NCBI GenBank assembly: GCA_010909165.1
Contig: MU008191.1
Span: forward strand, 496,001 to 560,000
Direction of reading: 5' to 3'
Length of the DNA: 64,000 nucleotides
Source: Anthoceros angustus
Lineage: Eukaryota > Plantae > Anthocerotophyta
Shown: piece by piece, positions 1 through 11,900 of the stretch
Layout of the letters: every line of letters starts with the position of its first letter
Position numbering within the stretch: the stretch's first letter is position 1
The notes under the pieces: generated by a model
The model's database searches: none
Seen by the model: only the letters and a program-made list of their open reading frames with translations
Told to the model about the DNA's origin: nothing
Position numbers and translations under genes: made by a program

Positions 1-358
1 CCTTGTACGTGTTCAGCCTCTGCACGTTGACCTGCAGGCTCTCCAGACACCGGTTCTTCCTCCGATGATCCACCGCAATTCCGATGGTCGGGGCAAGCTT
101 CTTACTGATCCCCGCCTCCTTCAGCTCCTCCAGGGTGAAGCCGCGCCCCGCCCTGATCTTGCTGTTGTACCGCAGCGTCTGCGAGTGCACCACAGGCCGA
201 AGCGGCCCCGCCGTTGGCCGCGGGAAGATCCGCACCGCCTTCCTCTGCCTCACAAGACGTCTTCTCTTCTTGCGCGCCGGCTGGTTGAACCACGTCCTCA
301 CGTAGTTCTGCCAGTCCTTCTTGAAGTGGCCATTCGGCACAACGTTGTTGTGCTTCAT
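1..358 (-). CDS. RPL13: 60S ribosomal protein L13 (eL13), 5' part; runs off the left edge
   Basis: Manual translation from the ATG at 358: [34 protein letters not shown]...[13 protein letters not shown]...[12 protein letters not shown], the plant eL13 N-terminus. Absent from the ORF track because no stop codon lies in the window. Confidence 0.96.
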   Translation of the reverse strand, partial: MKHNNVVPNGHFKKDWQNYVRTWFNQPARKKRRRLVRQRKAVRIFPRPTAGPLRPVVHSQTLRYNSKIRAGRGFTLEELKEAGISKKLAPTIGIAVDHRRKNRCLESLQVNVQRLNTYK

Positions 359-819
359 CTTCCTGCCGCTGAGGTCTCCCCGCCTTCACGCTCTCGAAAG
401 AATGTCTCCGCCGAGCCTCCTTCTTTTTGAAGGCTGCTTCGCCTTCCTATAAATTGCCCTAACCTAACCTGACCTGACCTAACTTAGTAACCAGAGTTAG
501 GAAAGTAACCCCTGTGGGTTAAACTAACCCGAGGCGGCGATGGCAGGAGCTTGGAGACATGCCGGAGACGATGACGACGGGGACTCTCCTGTCCGTGGCG
601 CCGCCAGTCCAGCACAGTCCGCACTGCCCGAGGCTCTGGCGATGGAGGAGGCCTGAGCAGCGGAACGGGAAATGTACCAAGCCCGGCTATGGCGTCCAGG
701 TGCGGGAGGGGCGTGCTGGGATTGCTGTCGGGTTGTTTTCCAGGCATCTGGAGGGCGGGGCAATGAGGCGAGGAGTGGCTTGCTTCTCGAGCTACTTGGG
801 CCGGCCCACGCATCCAGGC

Positions 820-2153
820 ATGGCGGAGAAGATCACGGATCCCTGTATGACGCTGCACCAGCCGTGGGCGTCGTTGCTCATACATGGGATCAAGAGAGTA
901 GAAGGACGCTCCTGGCCTGCCCCCAAAAGTCTTCTCCCAGGTGGAGCTCGTCTTCAGGGTGTTGTTGGAAGCGGAATTGCGAAAGGAGGTGGATTTGGTT
1001 TGGTTGACACTGGAGTGTGGGTGCAGGCCGGTTATGGATTCACGCAGCTGCTAGGCCCCCGGAGAGGGAGATGCTTGAGGCTCTTGAGAGGTTTTACAAG
1101 TACGCTTACGGGCTGGATGGTGTGACGGAGTTCCAGTGTCCTCCGCATTATCCCACATCGGTGCTTTTGGGTAACGTTGTGCTGGACAAGTTGATGCTGC
1201 CTGGAGCTTGTGATGGGTGTCCTTCTCGAAATGATTCCTCACTTTTCTGGAAATCATATTCAGGTTATTCAGGCTATGGGTGGTTGGTTGTGTACTGCAG
1301 GTTGTGTGAATGTTGTGGGTTGCATGAAGCTTGAGGATCTGGTCAGCTGGCAAGATGTAACTGAAGGTGTAAGTTCAGTTGAACCACAACCTTGGAATGT
1401 GTGTCACTTGTGTGTGCTTTTGCTTCATGGAGTGAGGATGATGTTGTTGTTCTGTCCACTTCTTTCTTCTGATTGTTGTAGTTGCGTTCAGCTCAAACTG
1501 CTATATAATGTAGCAAGTTTGTGAAGTGATGATAGGAATCTTGGATGGCTGCAGGTGCGACTAGAAGGGGGTATGACGGAGTACTGCTGGCTTTGTGAGG
1601 ATCCGCAGGTTGTTGTTCGTTGCTGTCATGTCTGCATGTTCCGTAAGTGTCGTGTTTTGTTCTGATCTGCATGATGAACACATTGGGGACTTACCCATTT
1701 ATGTCATGCAGAGATTGGCGGTGCCATTTGGCATGCGGGGTCAGCAAGGCATCTACCAGCTCGACAGGCGGGTAGGTTGGAGCTCTGGACCCGGCACTGC
1801 ACTTGGAATTTGCACCTGTTGGGTCGTCCTGATGTACATGCTTGTTGGGCAGTATCTTGACGGAGCACTGCGGAGTTTAAGGCCAATGACGGGGCCCTCA
1901 CCCGTCAAGTTCCCCGTCTCGCCTCTCGATGTCCTGCGGCCTCCACGTCCAAGTCTCATCTCACGGGAGAGTGCAGAAAGTGCAGCGGAGGCGGAAAGAC
2001 TGTAAGCTTTCTCTCTCCCCATGCCACTCGCAAGGCATCAGGCATCCTGCTTCGAAGTGTCCTAACAATGCACTCTGGTGTCTCCCCAGGGAAGCTGAGA
2101 AGTCCAAACGTTATAGCCAGTTTCTCCAGAGTATCAAGGACAAGTATACTTAG
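820..2153 (+). CDS. ASCH (ASC-1 homology, PUA-like RNA-binding) domain protein, about 7 exons
   Basis: GT-AG-joined exons read PCMTLHQPWASLLIHGIKRVEGRSWPAP / GRLWIHAA...HYPTSVLLG / CVNVVGC / VRLEG..YCWLCEDPQ / RLAVPFGMRGQQGIYQL / YLDGALRSL.. / ..KDKYT*. GxKxxExR is the ASCH motif. Confidence 0.9.
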
Positions 2154-2699
2154 CTGCTGCTAGGTGGTGATCACTGTACATCAAGCTATTTCCGCCACAC
2201 TGAAGTGTGGTTTGAGCAAGTAGGCAGTCATTGGGTTTTTCTTCTGGAGGGTCGGCAACAACATATGATTCTGCCTGCTCAGAGACACTGCACACGCAGG
2301 CCTGTAGCAGGAAACAACCGCTAGAAGGTAAGCACCGCGTTTGGAAGTGCCACCATATGTCCTGTAGGATCCATGAGACTTAATTGGTGTCTTCTGCAAA
2401 CAATCATCCTTTCAGTGCACGGCCACTGTCATACTTTCACCATCCATCAATGCATATACGTAGGTGGTTATGCAGGGCAGACCTCGGATAGGAGGATAGG
2501 ACTTGACGGATGGGCAGTCACCCCGGCGGTCCTTCGGGCTCGAATCTTGCGACGCGGCCTGTCTCTCTCCTCTTTGCAAGATATCTGCCCGGTTCTATGC
2601 CGATGTTATGTCGATTCTTTCACATTCTCTCATCGTCTCAAAAATGTTTTACTGGTCTGTTTGTGACATGCGCAACATCGGGCAACGCAGCTAATTAAT

Positions 2700-3720
2700 T
2701 TTGTACAATTATATGCTTGTCATTTATCTCTATCAGTTGATCTCTTCCTTTACATAGATTAGTTTCCTTGTTCATCATCGCAAGGGTATCAATACACGAC
2801 TAGGAAAGTTATAAATGCAATTATTGCATATCGTTGGGATATAGAAATTATTTTGGAAGAAATTAGAGTTGTTGTTCTTAGTAAAGGTATGCTTTCAAGC
2901 GACTTTTGTCCTACTAATATCCTACAAATCCACAATAATATAATAGCTATGGTCGAAGGTATGGGGGAGTTAGCGAGAGTCCTTGAGGAGACAGTCCATT
3001 CCACCAAACTCATGTACGTCCTTCCAAAGGTGACAAGAGGAGAGTATTCAATTCCCATAGAGTTTTCAATTCCCTTTGGCCTTACGAAGAGAGTCCTAAA
3101 TCTGTGTCCTGTCAGTTTTATTCTTTAAATCTACCCTCAACAAATGTGTGTTATTCCTGCATTAAGTGTTAGTCGACCTTCTACTCCCTAGGCATTTCTA
3201 TATGCTAAGAGTTAATTCCTAATTGTTACCACTTTGCTCCTCCCGAACTAAGATTAATCAATAAGTGTTATTTTATTAATTAATATAATAATTATTCAAA
3301 TAATAAAAATTATTGATATGGATATTCAATACACTTAATACTATAAGAAAACTATATGATCTCGATAATACATACTCAATTAGTGTAGGAATAGACTCAG
3401 GCAAACCTCAAATATAACTTTTATAGGGTTAATTTGATATCTTAGGTTTGTAATATATACAATAAAATATTTTTATACTTATTTTTTATAATTATTACGC
3501 TTTATTAAATGTCTACTGTGCATGGTACACCCGATGGGTAACTTTTATTGAGGGTAACTTGTAGTTTTCTTTGTGCTGCACCTCCTTAGGAAGGAACGAC
3601 ATCTATATTTATAGACGTTTACAAAAACTGTGCATCAACAATGATATTTCCATCACTTGACTCAAAGACTCCCGGTACTACACTATTACTACAGTAGCTT
3701 AGCACCATGGCAAGGATATG
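2700..3720. repeat. Copy A (partial) of the local segmental duplication: orphan-gene last exon plus PRMT7 3' end
   Basis: 2790-3128 aligns with 38700-39044 and 5720-6060. 3560-3720 (cacctccttaggaaggaacg...aactgtgcatcaacaatgatatttccatcacttgactcaaagact) aligns with 39490-39620. Confidence 0.8.
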
Positions 3721-5285
3721 TCTCCTCGATACATATGTTAGGATGGCATCAAAGGGAACTTCCAGGAAGCGTTCGTCTAGGCATCAAAGGGAACTTCCAG
3801 GAAGCGTTCGTCTAGCAACCGTTAAGTTTTAAGCTTGCTCCCTTGGTAATTGCTTTCTTTCCGTATGTGTAAAGTTGATTATGTAATCATTCACAGGAGA
3901 GAAGTTACATAAAAACATGCATAAAGAACTAGCCTCTTTTAAGTTTTAAGCTTGCTCTCTTGGTAGCTGCATTCTTTCAGTGTTTGTAAAATTGATTATG
4001 TAGCCATTCATCAAAGAAAAGTTGTTTAAAAACATGCATAAAAAAACTTTATTCAAGCTCAGGTTTAGCTTGGGCCTCTCTGTCTCGCCTGCCCCTGTTC
4101 TCGATTCCTTTAATTCTATTGTAAAATCTAACCATCCATACATACTTCAACCATCCACCCATACATTCATTGACTTATATTTATTATTTTATATTTTTCT
4201 TGCAAAAAACCAAACTTACAACATGTACAATTTAGTCACAAAGAAGTCCAACATGTTCGAAATAACACATACAATAAATTATTTGCCCCAAGTAACTAGT
4301 ACTCTCTAGAACCTACTAACCTATTGCTAAATATATGGATAGCATGGATCTACTAGCCTATTGTCGTGGATCAATATCTTCTAGTCTATTGCCAGTTTAG
4401 GGATAATATCAACCTCTATGTCCTAGCCTATAGCTGGCCCACAGATACCATTGATATACTATTTTGGACAATATGTTGATACAGAGGGAAAGAATGTACT
4501 CTTTTATATTGTGGGCTATGGAGTTATTGTGCAACTAGAATCAGAATAGTAATGCCAAGTGAAAGAATGTGTTCTTTATGATGTTGAATGTGGAGTTAAT
4601 ATAGAGCCTAAAGCACAATAAAGTTTAATGAAGAAGGAGTTCTTTGTAATCCGGTATGTGGAATTATTGCAGAACCACAAAAACAACAAAGTTGTGTTGA
4701 ATACCTCTGCACCGTTTGCAAGACTCTTCCTAGCTTAGGTTGAGCTAAGTGCATCCATGTTATAAGGCTTGTTGGAACTTTAGTGATCTGCGTTGTGCAG
4801 TTCTTCATTATCTAAGTCGGCTCAACTTGTGCTTGGCTAGTGGAATGCTTTTTCTAATCTAAGTTAGGTAAAGTGCACTGGCTTCTATAAGGCTTTTTCT
4901 AGCCTCTATGCTTTGCTGAGTTAAGTTTCTTGTATATTATAGGCTAGAAGGTCATTGCAACCTTTGTGGCCGTTCTTCATAATCTAAGTTGGCTCAACTT
5001 GTGCTTGGCTAGTGGAAGGCTTTTTCTAATTCAAGTAAGGTGAAGTGCACTGGCCTCTATAGCCTCTATGCTTTGTTAAGTTAAGTGCCTTATGTGTTAT
5101 AGAGCTAGAAGGTCATTACAGCCTTTATGGTTGCTATTGTTGGAAGGCTCGTCACATTCTAAATTTAATTGAGTGTCGCTACTATTATTGTATGCCCCTT
5201 CCTCGCTTTAGGAACTTCTCTTGCGCTAAGATTCCTAAGGGCCTTTATGATTCTAGAGGCCTCTCATTTCAAGGCAAACCAAACA

Positions 5286-6060
5286 TGTCTATAATACAAA
5301 TATCTATTTCTGACAATTCATATCTATGATTACATCTATGGAACATAATCTCAGTCAAAAGATTATTGAGCAAAATGACATGCAAATACTATCAGCTATC
5401 AAAAGAACTAGAAGACCTTATAATGAAACATGAAAAACTTGGACAACTAGAATGTATTAACACACACTGAATACTAAATTTTTTTCGTCAATACTTTGAG
5501 GCATGAAATACGATTATATATGTATTTCTAATACTTACCATGAATATTAAATTTTATGATATTATAATTAAAATACCAAAAGTAGATCATGATCATTGAC
5601 TATTATTAATTTTTATTGTTATACAATTATCATTGACAGGCCCATAATACCTTTGCGATGATGGACAAGGAGACTACTCTACAAAGAGAAAGGGATCACC
5701 TAATAGAGTTCCAACGCGTAATTTTAGAATTTAGAAATGCAATTCGTGCTCATCGGGCAGATTTATCCATCCTCTCGCATGAAATTAGAGTTTTTGTTAT
5801 TGATAAAGTTGTGCTTCCAAGCAACTTCTTTCCGAGTAATATCCTACAAATCCACAATGATATGATGAATATGGTCAAAGGTTTGAGGGAGATATGAAAA
5901 GTCCTTAACCAGATGGAGGAGTTCACCGAACTGATTTATTTCCTTATGAAGGTGGCAAGAGGGGAGTATACAATTCACATTGAGTATTTTATTCCCTTTT
6001 CCATTTCCCCTTTCAACATGAGGAGAGTTCTAAATGAGTTCTAAATTTGCGACCTGTCAA
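5286..6060 (+). pseudogene. Degenerate copy of the orphan two-exon gene (see 38167-39044)
   Basis: MSIIQISIS... exon, donor changed to gag|gc, acceptor gacag|GCC CAT AAT ACC TTT GCG ATG ATG GAC (in frame), internal stops. Confidence 0.55.
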
Positions 6061-6084
6061 TTTTTTACTTCTAATGTAGCATCA

Positions 6085-6405
6085 ATAAATGTGCAAGTTC
6101 GTGACATGCCCAGAATTGTACCTTGTTATCGAAGAAAGAATCCGACAACGGGTTTCAATTGCCCTTCAACGGGCGCTCTCAACGGCGATCCTCCACAAGG
6201 CGGCGACAGTAGGTGACGCATCTTCCTTTACCTCCGTGGTTTGCAGGCCGTTTATTCTTCCTGCATATGACATTATCGGTGCAGTAGGTGACTTTAGGTA
6301 GGGAGCTCATTTGCTCCTCTTCACCTCGACCCCCTGGTCCCCTTTGGCTGTCCCCTCCTAGATGGGCTTTTCCCATCGTTTTTTCACCTCAATAAAATCT
6401 CCCCC
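6085..6405 (+). mobile_element. Probable 5'-truncated non-LTR retrotransposon 3' end (CRE/R2-like, REL-endonuclease type)
   Basis: GC-richer insert absent from paralogous copies A and C. It translates to IRQRVSIALQRALSTAILH, resembling the post-REL C-terminal helix of CRE-clade elements, followed by a short 3' UTR with AATAAA. Confidence 0.45.
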
Positions 6406-6633
6406 CATTACTGTAGGAATGGACTCAGCTAAATCTAAAGTATAAGCTTTTAGGGTTATTTTAATATTTTTTAAATGTAAATCTATAGCCCTAGGGCTAT
6501 AGCATGGTCTTATGTCCCTCAAGTCGCACGATAATAGTCAATATGGGCTGGCAAAAAATATATTCATATTTATTTTTGATACATTCGCTAAATGTTTACT
6601 GCCATTGGTACACCCAAACAATAACTCTTATCG

Positions 6634-7007
6634 TTACAGCCCGTAATTCTCATCACTTGACTCAAAGGCTACCGTTACAATCTCTAGCTCAACACCTTGG
6701 CAAGGATCTGCCTTCCAATGTAACAAAAGAGCTTGAATTAATATAAGAGCCCTCAATAACTTCACACCTTGCTTCCAAAATGTAGGATTGCTTCCTGCCA
6801 AGAAACATAACAAGATAACAGTAATGCCATCTTTCTCAAGTTCCCCACATGATTCCCAGCAGCTTCGAATAATTGGGTCATCTGCAAAACTTGGGCTGCA
6901 CGAAAAGCTTTGGGATGTAATATAACTGATGGACCTATTGAATGTATCAGCTGCCCTCTCCCGGAGAAACAAAATTTTTCGACGTCCTTACCGTCCTCGT
7001 TGTAGAC
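6634..7007 (-). pseudogene. PRMT7 3'-end duplicate (last exons), split by LTR element 1; resumes at 16908-17013
   Basis: Encodes GSNPTFWKQGVKLLRAL...VAFESSDENY versus GGNPTFWKQGVKLLRAP...AVFESSDGN in the intact gene. 16908-17013 matches 39883-40010. Confidence 0.85.
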
Positions 7008-7373
7008 TGCAACAATCCTCAGAAGCTCGGGGTCTGAGGAGTTGCGCTGATGAGTCTAGGAATGGCCGCTTTCATTCTTGTTTCTCGTGTACATATAGGT
7101 CCTGGCCTCGTTCATGCCAAGAACTCTTGGAGGTAACCGACCGGGTTAGTCCGGGTTTTACCGTTTCTACCTACGATTCTAATTTACGCATTTACCCATA
7201 TTAATCGACTATTTCCTAATTACGACCGGGTTAGTCCGGTTTTACCGTTTCTACCAGTAAGTCCGCCATTATACGGTCCGTGGCGCGCACTATTTCCGTC
7301 CGTTAGGTTGCTAGCACCGCGCCATAGCGAGACGGTTTGTGTGGGTACCCTATCCGGCGAGTGAGCCGCGACA
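7008..7373 (-). repeat. 3' LTR of chromovirus copy 1
   Basis: TGCAACAATCC...GCGACA, followed by the PPT complement ttctccccactagg. Confidence 0.9.
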
Positions 7374-8292
7374 TTCTCCCCACTAGGCGTGGTCTCGTCC
7401 TCCCGACCATCAAGGGTAAGCCGGAGCCGAGGAAATCTGCGACACCAGCCGCCGCTTCCCGTGATGCAAGCTCGTCGGGTTCGCCGCGCCACCACCGATA
7501 ATCGGTGATGGTGCGGCGAGCCGGGCGCTATGGCGCTACTGGATGATCCGGCCAGTTCCCCGGATGGAGGTCTCCGCCGCCGCTTGTTGGTGTGCTGGTT
7601 GGGGAGGGGAGGGTCGAGCTGTCTTGATGCGTTGCCGAGCTAACATCTGCGTTGTCCCGTGGCAACATTTCAGGAACGATGGCTGCACGAGGGGCTGTTT
7701 CGCGACTAACCTGGGCCCCGGTCGTGGTCTGCTGCAAGTGCGGTGGTCGTGTGATGACGGGCTTCAGCATGGAGACATGGAATGTCTTACATATGCGCCA
7801 AGCACGGGAGCTCGAGCCGAACGCCACCGGTTCACTCGTCACGATCCTGGAATGGTCCGCAAATCGGTAGCTAAGTTTGTGCTTCACGAACTGTGGAGGG
7901 GTATCGATGTGGTTTCATCCGAGCCACACCATCTCGCCTGACCGGTAGCTCACATGTCGGCGGTCGGGTTAGCCGACCGTATCGATTCTCGGTGAGCTTG
8001 CTTCGTGCTTGCTGGATTTCGTGGAACACGTCAGCCTCACGCGCTCGCCATCTGCCTTGTGCCGAGGGCCATAGGTCAAGTGAGGGGGCACGCCGTAAAG
8101 GAGCTTGAAGGAGCTACCGTGGTCGCATGGCGGGAAGAGTTGTATGATTCCAAGAGAGGTAACAAGGTTTCCCACGCCTTGCTTGTCGTGAGTGAAGTGC
8201 CGCAGCATGTCTTCAAGCACGATTGTGCTCGCCGTCCGACCGGGTGACATGAGGACGAGAGGTGCTTGTTGGATTCAGCGTCTGTGAAGGTC

Positions 8293-8961
8293 TTAAGCTC
8301 GAGGTAAACTCAGATCTCCATCGTCCGGAGCTCCATGAAGTCTGAAAATTTCTCGGATGAAGAGCTGAGCTAGTTTCGCTGCTGTAACATTGGCTGTGGT
8401 AGGGATCAAGTGGCAGGTTTTGGACAGGCGGTCCATGACCACCCAGATACTGTCCTTACCAGTCCGAGTACGAGGCAGATGTGTGATAAAGTCCATGGAG
8501 ATGGACTGGAATCTGCCAGTGGGGATCTGCAGAGGAAGTAACAGACCCGGCTGTTTCCGATTCTCGGTCTTAGCTTGCTGGCAAGAGGTGCAGGAGCGCA
8601 CCCAATTAATGGCATCAGCCCGCAGCCCTGTCCAGTAAAAATGCTCCTTTACTCTAGCATATGTCTTGTCGACTCCAAGATGGCCCGAGATGGGGCGGTC
8701 GTGGAGATCATGAAGAATGGACCTCTTCACATCTGCTAGTTGTTCAGGTATAACGAGTCGACCTTTTCTATACAAGCACGCATCTTTCAATGTGTATTCT
8801 TGCATGAGTGGGGTAGGTGTACCTGACTGTACATCTGTTAACAGCTGCTGATAAATTGTCCATAATGTTGGATCTCGCGGAAGGGCCTCTCTCACCAAAC
8901 TGATGGTGTTGAGCTGGGTTGTCATGAGGGTGCAGGCCCGGCGGCTCAGGGCATCGGCCAC
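8293..8961 (-). pseudogene. Integrase (HHCC zinc finger plus start of the rve core) of copy 1
   Basis: LHDRPISGHLG...VRSCTSCQ, ISMDFITHLP, IFRLHGAP. Confidence 0.92.
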
Positions 8962-11900
8962 TACATTAGTGGTCCCTGTGACATATCTGATTTCGAAATT
9001 GAAGTCGCCAAATACTCACCACCTACCGCTTAGCGTGTTGGGTTGATCAAAAGTGCTGCAATGAATGATGGTCGTGGCATGTGAACTTGACCAAGCGGTA
9101 ATGACGCCAAGTTCTCGGTCGTGCACTATGGCCAACATCTCTTTGTCATGTACGGCGAGTTCAACTGGGCACCCGCAGCCTGTGACTCATAGGCAATGAC
9201 CTTGCCCTCCGGGAGAGTACCGCCCCATGGCGAAGTCCAAGCATCGGTGTGCACTGTAACTTTGGATTGGCCACCGCTAGTACAGTGTTGTACTGAGCCT
9301 CCTTGAGGGCCTCGAAAAGCTTGTCGCTACAAGTCCTGTGAGCTCTCTGCGACATGAGCCATCCGTAATGGGACAATCTTGCTATAATCACGATAAATCT
9401 CCGGTAGAAGCGATATGCCTGTGAACCCACGCACAGTGATATCCGGGCGCTTCCACCCGATATCGCTTTGATTTTTCCGTGTCCACCTTGATACCATCTC
9501 GCATCGATCGATGGCCTAGGTATTCACATTCCTCCTTCATAAATACACATTTGCGTTTTGCGGAGCTTGTTCTTGCGTAGAAGATCAAACACCTTCCTAA
9601 CCAACTCACAATGGCTGCAGGATCGACGTGTATATTAGGATGTCGCCGAGGAAAACCTCGACGCCACCGGTTCACTCACTGATCCGAATGGTCCGCAAAT
9701 CGGTAGCTAAGTTTGTGCTTCACGAACTGTGGAGGGTATCGATGTGGTTTCATCCGAGCCACACCATCTCGCCCGACTGTAGCTCATGTCGCGGCCGTTA
9801 GCCACCCGCCGACGATTCTCGAGCCGTGAGCTTGCTTCGTGCTTTGGATTTCGTGGAACACGTCAGCCGGCTCACTGCCCGCCATCTTGTCGAGGGCCAT
9901 AGTGTGAGGGGGCACGCCGTAAAGGAGCTTGAAGGAGCTACCGTGGTCGCATGGCGGGAAGAGTTGTAGGCGTATTCCAAGAGAGGTAACAAGGTTTCCC
10001 AACGCCTTGCTTGTCGTGAGTGAAGTGCAGATGTCTTCAAGCACCGATTGTGCTTTTCGTCTGCCGTCCGACTCGGGTGACATGAGGACGAGAGGTGTTG
10101 GATTCCCGCTCGTGAAGGTCTTCCAAGCTCGAGGTAAACACCTCAATTAACGACACGTCCGGAGCTCCATGAAGCCTAAAATTTCTCGGATGAAGAGTCG
10201 AGCTAGTCACGTGTAACATTGGGCCGTAGGGATCAAGTGGCATGTTTTGGACAGGTCCATGACCACCGTACATCGCCCTTACCAGAGCACGAGGATGTGT
10301 GATAAAGTCCATGGAGATGGACCTGAACGCCGCTGGGGATCTGCAGAGAAGTGCATCTACTGCTTCCGATTCTCGGTCTTAGCTTGTCGGGCAAGAGGTG
10401 CGAACGCACCCAATTAATGGCATCACAATCCCGAAAAAATGCTCCTTTACTCTAGCATATGTTTTATCGACTCCAAGATGGCCCGAGATGGTGGAGATCA
10501 TGAAGAATGGACCTCTTCACACATCCGCTAGTTGTTCGTATAACGAGTCGACCTTTTCTATACAAGCACGCATCTTTCAATGTGTATTCTTGCATGAGTG
10601 GGGTAGGTGTACGATCGCATATCCGCTATACCGATAAATTGTCCATAATGTTGGGTCTCGGAAGGGCCTCTCACCAAGTCGATGGTGTTGAGCTGGGTTG
10701 TCATGAGGGCGGCTCGTGGCATCGCCACTACATTAGTGGTCCCTGACATATCCGATTTCAAATTGAAGTCGCCAAATATTCACCAACGGCTGTAGTTGCT
10801 CGTGTTGGGTTGATCAAAAGTGCAGAATGAATGATGGTCGGTGGCATGTGAACTGACCAAGACTGTAATGACGCCAAGTTCTCAAGTGCACTATGGCCAA
10901 CATCTCTTTGTCATGTACGGCGAGTTCAACTGGGCACCCGCAGCCTGTGACTCGAGGCAATGACCTTGCCCTCCGGGAGAGTACCGCCCCATGGCGAAGT
11001 CCAAGCATCGGTGTATGCATGAATTTGGATTGGCCACCGCTAGTACAGTGTTGTACTGAGCCTCCTTGAGGGCCTCGAAAAGCTCAGACCGCTACAAGTC
11101 CTAACAGGAGCTCTTTGCTAGCAGACATGAGCGCGTCTGTCAATGGGACAAGAATCTTGCTATATCTCGATAAATCTCCGGTAGAAGCGATATGCCTGTG
11201 AACCCACGCACTGTGTGATATCCCGCACTCAATATCGCTTTGATTTTTCCGGTGTCCACCTTGATACCATCTCGACCGATCGGATGGCCTGGTATTCACA
11301 TTCCTCCTTCATAAATACACATTTGCTGCGTTTTGCCAGGAGCTTATTCTTGCGTAGAAGATCAAACACCTTCCTAACCAACTCATAATGGCCTGCAGGA
11401 TCAGCCGTGTATATTAGGATGTCGTCGAGGAAGACCTCAATGCCACTGCCAAGGAGGGGACGCAGGATCTCCTGCATTAGACACTGAAAGGTGGCTGGTG
11501 CATTTGTGAGGCCGAAGGGCATCACGATGAACTCGAAGTGCCCATGTCTCGTCTCAACGCAGCTTTATATTCATCCCTTCTCTTCGATCGATGGCCTAGG
11601 TATTCACATTCCTCCTTCATAAATACACATTTGCGTTTTGCGAGCTTATTCTTGCGTAGAGATCAAACACCTTCCTAACCAACTCACAATGGTCAGGATC
11701 GACGTGTATATTAGGATGTCGCCGAGGAAAACCTCGACGCCACCAAGGAGGGGCGCAGGATCTCGCATTAGATCGAAAGGTGGCTGGTGCATTTGTGAGG
11801 TCAAGGGCATCACGATGAACTCAAGTGCCCATGTCTCGCCCCAACGCAGCTTTATATTCATCCCTTCGATTCGAATCGATGGAAGCCGAGCGCAGATCCA

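Larger units (their letters stand above)
4080..7007. repeat. Copy B of the local segmental duplication (continues at 16908-17013 after the LTR insertion)
   Basis: Colinear similarity to about 37030-39887, e.g. caagtaactagtactctctagaa at ~4290 and ~37207, and tttcaaggcaaac-aaacatgtctataatacaaatatc at ~5268 and ~38150. Confidence 0.8.

Noticed and set aside
65-430. Plus-strand ORFs 65-430 and 84-305, and minus ORF 102-389
   Set aside because: Antisense or out-of-frame shadows of RPL13.
3746-3815. 35-bp exact direct duplication (and a ~68-bp one at ~37723-37860)
   Set aside because: Simple local slippage duplications with no further structure.
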